DNA of 64,000 bases. It comes from Dipteris shenzhenensis (Eukaryota). The notes under the pieces were generated by a model. That model was given only the letters and a program-made list of their open reading frames with translations, was not told the DNA's origin and searched no databases. Positions 35,701 to 47,837 of this stretch are shown in pieces. The DNA lies in NCBI GenBank assembly GCA_047967505.1, contig CM106538.1; one strand, given 5' to 3'. Both the position numbers and the translations under genes were made by a program. How positions within the stretch are numbered: the stretch's first letter is position 1; the number at the start of each line of letters is the position of its first letter.

Positions 35701-37743
35701 TCAGAAATCCAATGAAATGATCCCAGATTCAAGAATGAAGGTGTTTTTAAGCTCTTGAAGTGAAGTGGACACCAAAAGCAAGCAATAGTTGCCTCTACAA
35801 GTCAATACAGAGTCTTTGTCATCGAACAAAATAGTAAAAAGCTCAAAAAAATGGCTTTTTCTTTGAAAACACTTAACAGGCTCTCAAAACCACTTCGCAA
35901 AACCAAAGTGACTTTTCCAAAGGTTCCTCCAAGGTCTCTACACACTCGGATGCAAGTAAAGTCACCCACAAAGCTTTCCACAGAGCTTCTCCTTCCTCCC
36001 ACAGAGCTGCTGAGCTTCAAGCATTCATGTATGCTCAGCTAGATCACTAGTTGAGAGTGCTCTCAACGGAAGCAAGAACGGAAGAGGGAGAGAGAGAAAC
36101 AAAGAGCCACACAAGTTTTGGTGGGTGCAAAACCACCCTAATCTTCTCTTTCATTCATTTATATATGTGTTTGAGTATTGTACATAATTGAGGTAAAGGC
36201 ACAGTGACCTTTAACCCCCACATTTTTATCATCATAAGAAGATGGGTTACCAGAGTCCTTACCCTTACCTTTCTTTGATCCGGTCTAGAAAGCCGAATCT
36301 TCTCCAGTCCTCGTCTTTTGATGCATCTCCTCCTCCAGAAGCATCGTGCTGAAATCCTCAAAGTTAAGGGGCGGATTTCTGTTCTGCGTATTCAATGCCG
36401 TAACAAGACCGTCATACTTTGGTGGGAGAATCCGTACACACCTTCGTGCTAGATTATCGCTGGTGAATATGGTGATGCCAATCGCAGTCATCTGATCGCG
36501 CAGATTCTTCACCCTGGTGATGAACTTCTCTGCCGCTTCAGACTTAGACAACTTCTCGTTCGCGAGTTGAGTCTTCAGATTCTGAATCCGTGTCTGATTC
36601 GTGGTCTCCTACTGATTTTTCAAGACCGTCCATGCCTCCTCCGTTTTGGTGACATGTTCAATTAATGCCATGATGGAATCACTAACACTGCAGACAATAG
36701 AACACAATGCATCTGCATTTCTTGTCCACGCGAGAATCTCATCCGCAGTTGGTACTATCTGTTGTCCTGCATTGGCTGGATCCGGTCTCGCAATTAGCCT
36801 CATGTCCACCCTAGTAGCAGTGTCCCAAAGCTCGTATGCGCTTAGGATGGTCTTCATCTTGAACTTCCAGAGTGGATAGTTAGAGCCGTCCAACTTTTCG
36901 CTTTCGCCGAATGGTGGGATTCGCAGTCTTGTGAGCTGGGCCATCTCTCACAATCTGCTCGCAAACAGAAACACACTACTAAATCTTCTTGCTAGAGACC
37001 AGGCTCTGATACCATGTAAGAAAATAATACAACGTCTATGCTCAACAGATAACAAGATCTCGTACGCAAGAGAGAAAACAAGATAGTATGGAGAATCAAA
37101 AATTTGATTACTGTAGAACTGATACAATAGATGGTGCTACCTCCCAACCGTGCACTCCTGTGAAAGAAGCTTCGATGGCGTGCTGGAAATAGTAGAAGAC
37201 AGAGGCTCGATGCTAAGGAATCAGGGTTGCTATAGCCAGTGATGAAATGGGCTTCACAGGCTTGCTCTTATATAGCCACCATTCGTAGTCGGTTAGGCTC
37301 AATTGGGTGACCGACCCAGTCCGCCCAAAACGGTCGACTAGGGGTAGGCCACCGACCATATGATAGAATCGGTGTGCAAAACAGAGCAATCCGAGATCAT
37401 CTGAGGCTCCAAATGGGCCCAGAGCCATCCGAGATCATCTGAGGCTCCAAACGGGCCCCGCAACCCGAGAGTGGTGGGCTGCCCCGGGAAATGCTCCATC
37501 TACCCTCAGTGCGGTCAGTCAAAGGATGCCTTCCTGCACTTGCATGTAGCCTAGTTGGCGGTCTGCCAACTCTATCTGAAGCCGTCCAGCCATCAGGCCA
37601 CACATGGCCCCCATCTGGTGTCCAAACCAGGACCTACTGGATAACCGAGCTACTCAAATGCCTTCTCCTCATATGGGGGGCTTACAAGTAGAGTTAGCTG
37701 GTTCCTGCATAGTTACACGAGAGTGGAGCATTGATATCTAACA
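29740..37743 (-). mobile_element. Ty1/copia element C (5' LTR, gag, protease, pre-integrase; 3' part lost), interrupted by element D
   Basis: LTR 37015-37743 and PBS 37003-37014. Gag 36944-36228 (KLDGSNYPLWKFKMK) resumes at 30500 with KCFYCNKAGHKQNEC, WIIDSGASRHM and LWHERFGHLN, and is truncated near 29740. Confidence 0.88.
30501..36222 (-). mobile_element. Ty1/copia element D (Tnt1-like), nested in the gag of C
   Basis: 171-bp LTRs 30501-30671 and 36052-36222 (6 mismatches) with TSD TTTTT (30496-30500 and 36223-36227). It has a 5' leader of about 1.4 kb, gag from 34612 (FDGTNFSLWK), WILDSGASFH, integrase 32754-32221 and RT 31660-30860 (LYVDDML). RNaseH is largely deleted. Confidence 0.93.
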
Positions 37744-38529
37744 TAGATTTCCTTCGATTATCTTATCATTTACTTTTGATTTCCTAAATGTTTTATGTTA
37801 TTTTGAAGGTGAGAGTTAATTTCGATTATCTTATGATTTTGAAAGCAGGTTCTCTTTCATCTATGTTAATCAAGCATGCCTATAGGCGATCCACTGTATT
37901 TGATTTGAAGTAGGCTAAATATCATGTAGGTGTGCTTAATATACAAAAGAAAATGTTGATCTAATGTTTCTTTCTCTCTTATAAGCTAACATCTTGATTG
38001 ACTTGCTCGTCATGTATTCAACATTAGCTTCACATTCATAAAATTGTCCATCCTATGAAAGAAAAGGATTTGCCAAATGTTTTACGTTGTTAACATTCTA
38101 ACATGTTTTCTTTCAATGTTTCTTTTCTATTTAGCTTTGATATCATTACTTCTTGGATACGTTACTTTACATATGCGAAGGTGCTTCTCACATGTTTTCT
38201 TGTCGTTTTCAAGGCACTTGTTTATTTCCAAGGTGAGCTCATATGTTCTCTCAGTTGTTTCTCCGAGTACATGCAGGTTTGCACAAATGCCTAGATATAA
38301 TCCAATGGACTAAATGCACATTCGATACCTATAGGATGAGTACATCTACTTTGTGTTTCATACTCATCTATATTTATGAGTGCATGCAAGGTCTTGCTAG
38401 ACTAACGATTTGTTCCTTCTTTGTCGATTAACTTATTGATGACTTATGGTATGTATTTACTTATTGGTTCAAGCAAGGCATACTTTTATTTAGCCCTTTA
38501 TGTGGTGAGGTATACTTATATGTCTTTCA

Positions 38530-39062
38530 CGATGAACACCTATGGCAGACTTATTGAGTACTCGTTTGGCTGTGGCATCTGTGGATTACTTATTGCATAC
38601 TTGTTTGAGCGTGGCAAGGTTCAACATCTTTTGGGTGACAAATATTTATGAACACCTATGGCTAATTGCTTGAGTACTCATTTGGACGTGGCATATGGCT
38701 AACTACTTGAGTACATGTCTGGACGTGGTACATAGATTATTACTGACTCCTTGTTTGGATGTGACACATATTTACTCATCTGGACGTGGTACATGGATTA
38801 TTACTAAGTCCTCGTTTGGATGTGACACATATTTATCTAGCTTTCACGATGGACACATATGGATTACTTATTAAGTACTCATTTGGACATGGTCATATTG
38901 CGTACTCATTTGCATGTGGCAAGGTTCAACGTCTTTCAAATGAACACATATAGATTACTTCTTGAGTACTCGTTTGGACATGGCACATATGGATTATTTA
39001 TTAAGTACTCATTTGGATGTGGCACATATGCATTACTATTGAGTACTTGTTTGGACGTTATC
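38530..39062. repeat. Degenerate minisatellite, unit of about 37 bp
   Basis: Repeated gagtactc(a/g)tttggac(g/a)tggcacatatggattactta. Confidence 0.75.
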
Positions 39063-39259
39063 ACCATTCCCGGATGCCCATTTTCTTGGTTACTTCTTGA
39101 TGTTGTTTGTAATCTTGGAAGCTCATCTTCTTGGTTGTTCGATACTTTTGGATGTGAAGAGGTTGTTATTTCATTCCCACTATGATTATGTAAGTTGTGT
39201 CTAATCCACACAAGCTTGCCTCTTGTCATACATGCGTGGCTTATGCTCATTGTATTTTC

Positions 39260-39620
39260 GGTTGTTCGGTACTTCCGGTTGCCCAATTGTTCGGTTCTTC
39301 TGGGATGCCCAATTTTTCATATTTCTAGTTGTTCGGTATCTCCGATTGCCTAGTTGTTCGGTACTTTTGGGATGCTCAATTGTTCGGTACTTCCGGATGT
39401 CTGGATGCTCATTGTGTTTCTAGATTATTGGTTCTTGATTTGCAAGATCATTATGGGCCTTTCTATTGTGTTGCTATGGCTTTCTTACACTACACAAGTG
39501 CCATTTCAGCCCTGGCTTTATGGACATATCAAATTCGATACTTTAGGATGCCTGAATGCTCGTTGTGTTTTTGGATCATTGGTTCTTGATTTGCAGTAAC
39601 TTTATGGTCCTTCCTATTGT
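39260..39620. repeat. Short tandem repeats (gttcggtacttccggatg-like) plus a duplication of about 150 bp
   Basis: About 5 copies of tgttcggt.. and two copies of the ggttcttgatttgca...ctattgtgttgcta block. Confidence 0.65.
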
Positions 39621-39810
39621 GTTGCTACGGCTTTCTTACATTACCAAAGAGACATTTCAGTCCTGGCTTTGTGGACATCTCAAATCGCCCCTCCATACTC
39701 ATCTTTGGTGTGACCGAAGCAATTTCCTCATGCATTCATTCTTGGTACAATAGAAACAGGCACTTGAATATTTGTTGTGTTCATATATACTACATGAAAT
39801 CAGTCATTTT

Positions 39811-42048
39811 TGTTGGGATATCTCAAGGTGTATGCCTCAGGCACACCTTATGTTTCTATGTGTGAGTGCTAGAGGCATAGTTAGGTGCCTACAAGCACAG
39901 TTAGGTGGTGGAAAAGCCACATAGGATGATTGAGAGAATCTAGGAGCAGATTGAGGAGATGATTGTGGAGCTCTAAGGTCATCAGTGATGTCAGTGAGCA
40001 TGTATGAGGTGCCTACTTAAGGACCTCACTCTTCTTCATTCTACAAGCAAGTAATGCAAGTATTCTGAGTTTGTGTCCACTCTTTCCTTTCCTTTTAGCT
40101 TTCCAACATGGTATGAGAGCCATTTGATCCCCCTTGAGCCCATTTTTGCCACATCATCATCTTCTTCTTCATCTTCTTCTTCTCCATTTTCCTCTTTCTT
40201 CCCAAAATCTTTGAGAGCTTGGTTCTCCACCTACAAACGACCATTGCCCAAACCCTCTAAGCTGGAACCTCCTCTAGTATGGGCAAACTTCCACCTGCAA
40301 GCAATTGAAGAAAAAACGTCTGTGGTGGCTGCCATTCTCCAAACAGCGAATTTCTTCTGTTGCTCAATACTCCCTTCCTGCTCCGCCATTGCCTGAGCCC
40401 TCTTAGGAGTAGATGGGCGACCTCAAGATGAAGATTTTGAGCCATTTTTCAGGTCATTTGGTTCAGTAACGAGGGAGAAATCGTCAAAACTCAGTTTCAG
40501 CCTGTAGCAACTCTCCCGGGCAAAAGTGCACACCATTTCGTCCAACCTCTGTGCTGGACCTTCTCTGGTATATGAGCTTTCTTTTGCTTCAGAAAGCCCT
40601 CTTTTCCTTGCTTTGAAGAGTGAGCTACAAGCCCTCCAAGTTTAGCTTTTTAGTTTTGTAATTTCGGACAAGTTTTTGAAGATGATGCTACATAAAATGC
40701 TACTCTAGCATTTCTGGTTTTTTTGAAGCTTTCAATAACTTCAGTACAAGTGTGGCTTTAGTTTTGTTTCGAATTACTAGACCTGGTTTTGATTGGAAAG
40801 TATTTATTTCACCCACTTCTATGAAGCATGTAAGAAGAAGCATCATTGTTTGAAATTTGGTCGCAAGACTTTGCTACATTAAATGCTTATATTTTGAAGC
40901 ATTTCAGTTGTTATTCTAAGCTCTGTAAGAGAGAAGACAGTGCCCAATACCTGGGTTAGACCCTCTCATGGCTTGCTTATGCAAAATATGTGAAAAGCCA
41001 AAACGTAAAGCAATGTCTTGTTATGCTACAAAGGATGAAAATGTCAACCTAACTTCCTTGTTGAAGATTGCCAAAACAATGGTTGCCAAAAAGGAAGCAA
41101 CTACAAAGCCAAAGATCTACCCTCTCATGGCACTTTTATTTGACTCCAAGTATAAGAAAAAGATGAAGGTCAGATACCTAAGATATGCTTCTCTACACAA
41201 CTATGGAGATGACAAGATAATTGTTCTCTTGAAGCATATGATTTTCAGATCCACTTGTTCTATCATAGTACCATCTTATAAGATCTTATAAGGCACTAGA
41301 CACTACCCATGTGGTAAGACCTTGCCTTAACATGGATATTCTGCCTCCACAAGATGAGGCATCCCATGAAGATTATGCATTTTAAATCATCTCTATGTAT
41401 ACTCCAGATCTCTCTTTATGTCAAGGTACTCAGCCTGGATAGTCCTCCAAAATGAATGAAATAAATTATTGTGTTTTGTGTGTAAACACCTCTGGTCACC
41501 TTATGATGTAGGCCATGTGTATGTTTTGCTCCATGGTACCTCCTGCAGACATTGTGTGCATGTACATGCAGGGGAGATAACCATTGGAAGGTCTTTTTGT
41601 ATCCCTTTTGTTTACCTTACACCCAAGGGAACCCTTGCTAGCATGAGAACCTAGCCATAGATCAATCCTTGACCACCATGAGATGGCATGAGAAACTATG
41701 AGACTAGATGTATCCTTGACATAACCTGAGGCATTCCCTTGAGGGGGGTTTGTTGGGATATCTCAAGGTGTATGCCTCAGGCACACCTTATGATTCTATG
41801 TGTGAGTGCTAGAGGCACAGTTAGGTGCCCACAAGCACAGCTAGGTGGTGGAAAAGCCACATAGGATGATTGAGAGAATCTAGGAGCAGATTGAGGAGAT
41901 GATTGTGGAGCTCTAAGGTCATCAGTGATGTCAGTGAGCATGTATGAGGTGCCTACTTAAGGACCTCACTCTTCTTCATTCTACAAGCAAGTAATGCAAG
42001 TATTCTGAGTTTGTGTCCACTCTTTCCTTTCCTTTTAGCTTTCCAACA
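39811..42048 (+). mobile_element. Non-autonomous LTR retroelement (large TRIM or LARD-like), 2238 bp
   Basis: 298-bp LTRs 39811-40108 and 41751-42048 (4 mismatches seen), TSD ATTTT (39806-39810 and 42049-42053), PBS tggtatgagagc at 40109 and PPT gagggggg. The 1.64-kb interior shows no gag or pol motifs. Confidence 0.93.
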
Positions 42049-42199
42049 ATTTTATGTGGATGAATTGTGCAAAACATGAAGGCATGATTATAACGGTTTG
42101 AGGAGGTTTGACCAGATTAAACTTGGAGACAACAAGCTCTACTATTCAGATGAAGAGCTCAAACATCAAACTTGAAGATCTCAAGCCCTGATTATGCAT

Positions 42200-42654
42200 C
42201 ATCACTATGTCAAACAAGTTGAGATTTCCAAGAAGATTTTTCTATTTTTCACACACACTTTGCACTGTATCATGCACCAAACATAGTGCCTATACTTTGC
42301 ACTGTACTGTGCACAAGTGCTTGTCTTATGCCCTTGTACTATCCACATGCAATTTGCAATGTATCATCCAGCATTACACTGTATCATTCAAATTGGCATA
42401 TGGCCATCCTTTGTATATATATTCTCCTGACATAGATATATATAGTGGATCAGGTTTTTCCCTTGTACTGCCCAAGGGTTTTTTTTCATCCGTAGCTAGA
42501 GGGCCTAGTTTGAATGGGGGTGTTAGAGCTATATATAGCTTGCCCTAACTCAGCCTAGTCCTCAACTATATATATGCCTATGATGTATGAATAGAATCAC
42601 TTTCTTGGGAGCAACTCTTGTGTCGGTCTCTCTCCTCTTTCTCTTCCTCTCAAC
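42200..42654 (+). mobile_element. 3' end (UTR, PPT, short LTR) of a copia element related to element F
   Basis: cccaagggtttttt..catccgtagctagag, PPT gaatggggg and LTR tgttagagct.. from 42521, homologous to about 45017-45130. Confidence 0.65.
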
Positions 42655-43147
42655 ACAACTCTTGTGTCCGTCTCTCTCCTCTTTCTCTTCTTCTTGACAT
42701 AGGCAATGATTAAGAGTAGTGGAGGGTTAATTTTGCTCACATTGGTTAAGAGTGTTTATTCAAAAAGTAAGAGTAGTAGAGGGATAATTGTGCCTCACAT
42801 TGGGTAAGAATAGTGATTTAATGTGTAAGAGTAGTGGAGGGAGATTTGTGCCTCACACTAGTATGCCAGCCAGTATTTTGCCTCACACTAGTACTATACC
42901 TCACACTAGTATGCCAACCAGTATTTTGCAAACTTATATTTCACAGCCTTCTATGTATATTCCCTTCTCTGTGAGGTATCATTTGGCACTTAAAGGATAG
43001 TGCCTCATCTCCGAAGTTTGAAGTGTGATTCCATCTCCAAAGAGGACGGCCACATGCACACATGCATGCATGCATCCTACACATGTTTAAAATACTCTCT
43101 TTTTCAATTGCCTTTTTTAATTTGATAATTTGTTAAAAGAAAGACAT

Positions 43148-43312
43148 ACATGCACACACACACACACACGTGCGCGCACAAACACACACACACACATGCA
43201 CACATGTACGCATGCACAAGCACACATGCACGCATGTGCAAGCAGACACACAGACACACAGACACACACATAGAGACACAAACACAAAGACACGCACACA
43301 CACACGCACATG

Positions 43313-43344
<32 letters not shown>

Positions 43345-43390
43345 CACTCACACACACACGCACACACACACACCATGCACGCACACATAG
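43148..43390. repeat. Imperfect (CA)n microsatellite
   Basis: About 240 bp of CA repeats. Confidence 0.95.
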
Positions 43391-43957
43391 TCTATATGCC
43401 ATGTATACACAACAAACATTAAAACATTAAAATATTGAGATCTACAAACGATTAAACAAAAGATAGGAACCCAACCTTGAGACTTGATAGAGTTAGGCCA
43501 GTAGTGGTACATTGTCTATGCTGGTAGTGGTTATTAACTTACAATGACAATGATTTTAGAAACAAAAGTAAGTATAGAGATACGAAATCCATAGAGCTTA
43601 ATCTAAGGGGACACCTTTATGCATCCTATTTTGTTGACGTTTATCTCATTTTAGTGAACTTAACTAACCAAAATTATATCAAAGTTAACTTTAACAACTT
43701 TAGTACACTACGATCTTGAAGCTAGAACTCATTTTCTTGGCAGTTAATTATCAATTGGAAGGGGCAAAAATCTAGCTATATTACAAAAATCTAAAATCCA
43801 ATGTCTCAACACTCATGGATTATCGATTGCGAGCTACACTTGCTCGATGATGTGAAAACTTAAGAAAAACAAAGGTGGCAGTAGTTGTAACGTCCAGATC
43901 ATGCTAACAATATGGCTTGTTGATCACAAATCATCGACCACATAGTCTAGTGTTTCC

Positions 43958-45153
43958 TATTAGAGCTATATAAGAAAATATTATCCTCAGCATTTGATAT
44001 GGTTGATCTTGGTGACATTCATTCATGTCTTGGTATTCAAGTTCAGTGATTTCGTCACAAGGGAATTCTGCTACTTCGACAAACAAAATTCATTCAAGAT
44101 GCATTTTAAAAGTTTGGCTTGATGAATGCTCACTCTGGGACCACTCCTTGTCTTGTGAGCTCTATCAAAAATAATCAATCAACTCATGATGTTGTGGTTT
44201 CACGTCAACCCTATGCCAATCTTGTTGGTTGCCTACTGTTTGTTGGGCTAAATACTCAACCAAATATTCTTTTTACTGCCAATTTTCTAGGTCAATATCT
44301 GGTTGCTCCCTCAATGCAACATTGGTCTACAGCAAAACGTGTTCTAAAGTATTTGAAAGGAACTTCTAACTTTGTATTAGTTTATCGATGTCATACGGAA
44401 TCATCTTCTGTGATGTCTCTTGATCTTTTGGGATATAGAGCTGTAGACTCGAAAAGCTCTCACTTCTCTATGTGGTCTACAAGCAATAATTGCTTCTTTA
44501 TCAATGGTTGCTTGGTCTCTTAGGCAAGTAAGAAGCAACAAAATCGAGTATGTAGCGGCCTCCCTAGCAGCTCAAGAATTGGTTTGGCTACGCCAATTGC
44601 TAATAGATATTGGACATCCTCCCTCATCCAATACTAATCTCAAATGTGATAATCAAAGTGCCATTAGTCTGGCTAAATACTATGTTCAGCATAACAAATT
44701 CGAGTAGATTGCTGTTCATTATCATTATGTCAGACATGAAGTGAAGAAAGGGATGATAATGATTGAACATTGTCCCACTCCTCAGATGCTTGCGGATATT
44801 CTCACTAAAGGACTTAGTGAGGCACGCTTCACAATGTTGCGATCAGAATTTGGAGTTCTTATAGCTTCTCTCTTCCAAGATTAACACACCTATGGGTGAC
44901 TTTTAACATTTGTATATAGATGCACATCTACATTACTTACTTGTAAATAATTGTACAAATGTATCAATTTAAATTTTAACTCTATGAACAACTTATATAC
45001 TTGTATATAGGAGCTCGGGTTTTTCCCTTGTGCTCCCCAAGGGTTTTTTCATCCGTAGCTAGAGACCTTTGCTTGAGTGGGGGTGTTAGAGCTGTATATA
45101 GCTCATCCTAACTTGAACTAGGTCTCACCTATATGTGTAACTAGTGATCAACA
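43958..45153 (+). mobile_element. Heavily deleted copia element F (RT end and RNaseH), 1.2 kb
   Basis: TSD TTTCC (43953-43957 and 45154-45158), a 5' LTR stub tattagagctata, and a 3' LTR 45084-45153 after a PPT. Coding remnants include PYANLVGCL, HWSTAKRVLKYLKGT, CDNQSAI and MLADILTK. Confidence 0.85.
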
Positions 45154-46634
45154 TTTCCTGCGTAGCGACATGGAGATTCACAAACGAAATGGATGAGAAA
45201 AATGCAAAATTCTTAGGCATTTGAAGAGCATGCATGCCTTGACGTTGATCATTTCAGAACTTTCACGTGGCTCGCTAGAGACAAGCTCACCGTTTGTGGG
45301 ATCATCATCATGGCATTCGACAGACACAAGGGGATATCTCTTAGGAGGGGGTAGTTCATCAGGCGTGACTTAAGAAAGAAGTAGTTTGGATAGCTAGAGA
45401 AATAAAGAGCAAGGAGCACGGGACACGGAAGGAGAAGATGCAAATTGTGTTTAAAGCTATTTTCAATTATACTATTTTAATTTGATAATTTGTAAAAATA
45501 AAGATACACGCACATATAATATATATATGGTATGCATACATGCAATGCTACAAAAACATGTTCCTAACTAAAAGTAATGGTAAGGCTTATCCAAGATCCA
45601 ATTCCATAAAGACATTCAGATATTGAGATTTATAAATAAAACAAAATTTATTGCTTAAAATTAAAGGCAACCTAGGACCTTAACCTTGAGACTTGATAGA
45701 GGTAGATCCCTAACCTGCCAAAGATAGCTCAGTCTACCCATAATACTAAAGTAGACCTGTAATAGTGGTACATTCTCTATGTTGGTAGTGCTTATAAACT
45801 CACAATGACAAGGACTTCAGAAATAAAAGTAAGTCAAATTCTTTAGCATAAGGCGCCTCCTTGTGCATACCAAAAAATTCATCAAAAGTAGAGAATAGGT
45901 TAAATGTGTTTAAGAAAAAGTGTTCTCTCTACTCTTCTATTGGCTCTTAATTGTTGTTTATCCTTTTTTAATCCGGTCCATAGATCTCAAGAAGTTTAGT
46001 ACTAATATTGACTTGCTCACCATCATGAGGAGCACATTTCATAAAACAATAGTGTATGTTTTTAAAGCTAGCATGATCACTTAAGGGGCTCCTTTGAGCA
46101 ACCTATTTTCTTTGAACTTTATCTTATTTTAGTAAACTTCATCTTATCTTAGCTAAGAAAAAGGGTTCTCTCTCCTCTTCTATTGGCTCTTAACTCTTGT
46201 TTGTCGTTTTTAAATTTGGTCCATAGATCTCAAGAAGTTTAGTACCATCTTGAGCACATTCCATAAAACAATAGTGTATGGTTTTAAAGCTGCAAAGAAA
46301 ATGCCTCAATGAATCCATTCTTTAAGAGCTAACTCTAAGGGGCACCGTTGAACAACCTATTTTCTTTGAACTTCATCTTATTTTAGTAAACTTAACTAAA
46401 CACAGTTATATTAGAGTTAACTTTAATAACCGTAGTAGAAGACGATCTTGAAGCATGAAAGACTTTTTGGTAAGAAAAGCCAACCAGCACCGTAATTATC
46501 AATTGGAAGGGGCAAAAATACAGCCGTATTACAAAAATCTTAAATCCAACATCGAGCTGCATGCGCTGGATGATGCGGAAACTCCTGAAAGTTGCGAAAA
46601 CAGAGGTGGCAGGAGTCGCAACATCAAGATCATG

Positions 46635-47739
46635 CTAACATGGCTTGTTGATCACCGGTCCACAGAGTCCAGGGTTTCCTGCGTAGCTGCAATATGCAGA
46701 TTGACAAACGAGGTGGTGAGCAAGATGCGGAAATCTCAGGCATCTGGAGAGCAAGCATGCCTTTACTTGATCGTTATACAACTTTCAGGTGGCTCGCGAG
46801 AGACATGCTCACCTTTCGGCAGTGAACCTGGAGAAAACGCCATTCGTTGGGATAGGGCCCGAGAGACCATTATTCATGAGATGCCTGCGCGAGAAAACGG
46901 AATGTTATGGTAAGGAGTCATGTAACTAAGGTAACTTCGATGGCTTGTCGTGCATAAAGTAATTCACAGTCCAGGGACAATATTTCAGCTACTCACAGAA
47001 ACTGCAGATTGGAAAGATTGCCCAACTCAGAGGGGATGGGCCCCGTGAGATCGTTGTCCTGGAGCTGCAAAGCAAAGAGGTTGGGCAGACTGCCGAGTTC
47101 TTTGGGGATGGACCCAGAGAAGTGGTTGAGAAAGACGGAGCTGCGACAAGAGAGATCGTTAGAGCAAATGACTGACAAGCTTCGCTTAGCTTAGCTTATT
47201 GACTGAAGGTGAGTATACATGGTGGGAAGCTAGAGTGAGGAAGACGCACAGGGACTGCAAAGACGGAAGGTTTGCAAGTTGTGGAGAGAGCGGACCGGAA
47301 AGACCATAGTTGGGCAGATCCCTGTTCGAAAAATTCAGGACGAGGAGTCGAAACATATTAGGGAGCAAATTAAATGCGCGTTTAACAGGTGGTGTGTAGA
47401 TGAGTACACTCGGACGACGTGGTTGTTGTCGTCGCAGGTCACATGGAAGAAGGTGCAGGGATCCACCAGGTTGGGATCCCAGCTGGCGAGGGCGTTTTGC
47501 GGGTCGTTAAGCCCATTTTTGAATGCGATCAGAGCGTCCACTGTAAGATACAAGCCGTTGATCGGTTAGCAGAAAGCAATGTATTATATTTGTATACGCT
47601 ATTGCATGAAGAGGGAAGGCTTATGCAAAGTAGAAGCCTAATATTTACCCTCCGGGTTGGCGCGAGCGAGAGCCGGCAGGAGAGCCCATAAGGCGAAAGC
47701 AGAAAGGATGGAGTGCTTAGCAGCTCCCGAGCGCTCCAT
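46635..47739 (-). CDS. Secreted leucine-rich-repeat protein, SERK/LRR-II ectodomain-like with no TM or kinase; 6 exons, 187 aa
   Basis: Exons 47739-47649 (91 nt), 47540-47408 (133), 47321-47250 (72), 47140-46997 (144), 46884-46813 (72) and 46686-46635 (52), all GT-AG, total 564 nt in frame. It has a signal peptide, an LRRNT ([20 protein letters not shown]), four LxxNxLxGxIP-type repeats and the cap [14 protein letters not shown]. Confidence 0.93.
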
Positions 47740-47827
47740 GGCGGCTGATTGGAGATGATGAACGTAGCTGAGAGGCAATCGATTGTTAAAAGGCGTTGAT
47801 TGTGAATGGAAGGTTGCTGGTGGTGTG

Positions 47828-47837
47828 TATATATAGG
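47828..47837 (-). promoter_or_regulatory. Putative TATA box of the LRR gene
   Basis: CCTATATATA on the minus strand about 90 bp upstream of the ATG. Confidence 0.55.

Larger units (their letters stand above)
43100..45300 (-). pseudogene. Decayed partial tandem duplicate of the LRR gene's 3' part (intron 5, exon 6, 3' flank)
   Basis: 43100-43957 plus 45154-45292 are collinear with about 45460-46815. The exon 6 homologue is split by element F. Confidence 0.75.

Noticed and set aside
43104-43430. Cys/Val and His/Thr repeat ORFs
   Set aside because: These are translations of the (CA)n microsatellite.
46455-46913. 152-aa plus-strand ORF
   Set aside because: It is antisense to LRR exons 5-6 and the 3' UTR, with no recognisable domain.
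46635-47739. Full SERK/BAK1 receptor kinase
   Set aside because: There is a stop codon after the LRR cap and no SPP, TM or kinase exons downstream. The kinase remnant at 57.6-58.4 kb lies upstream and is unrelated.
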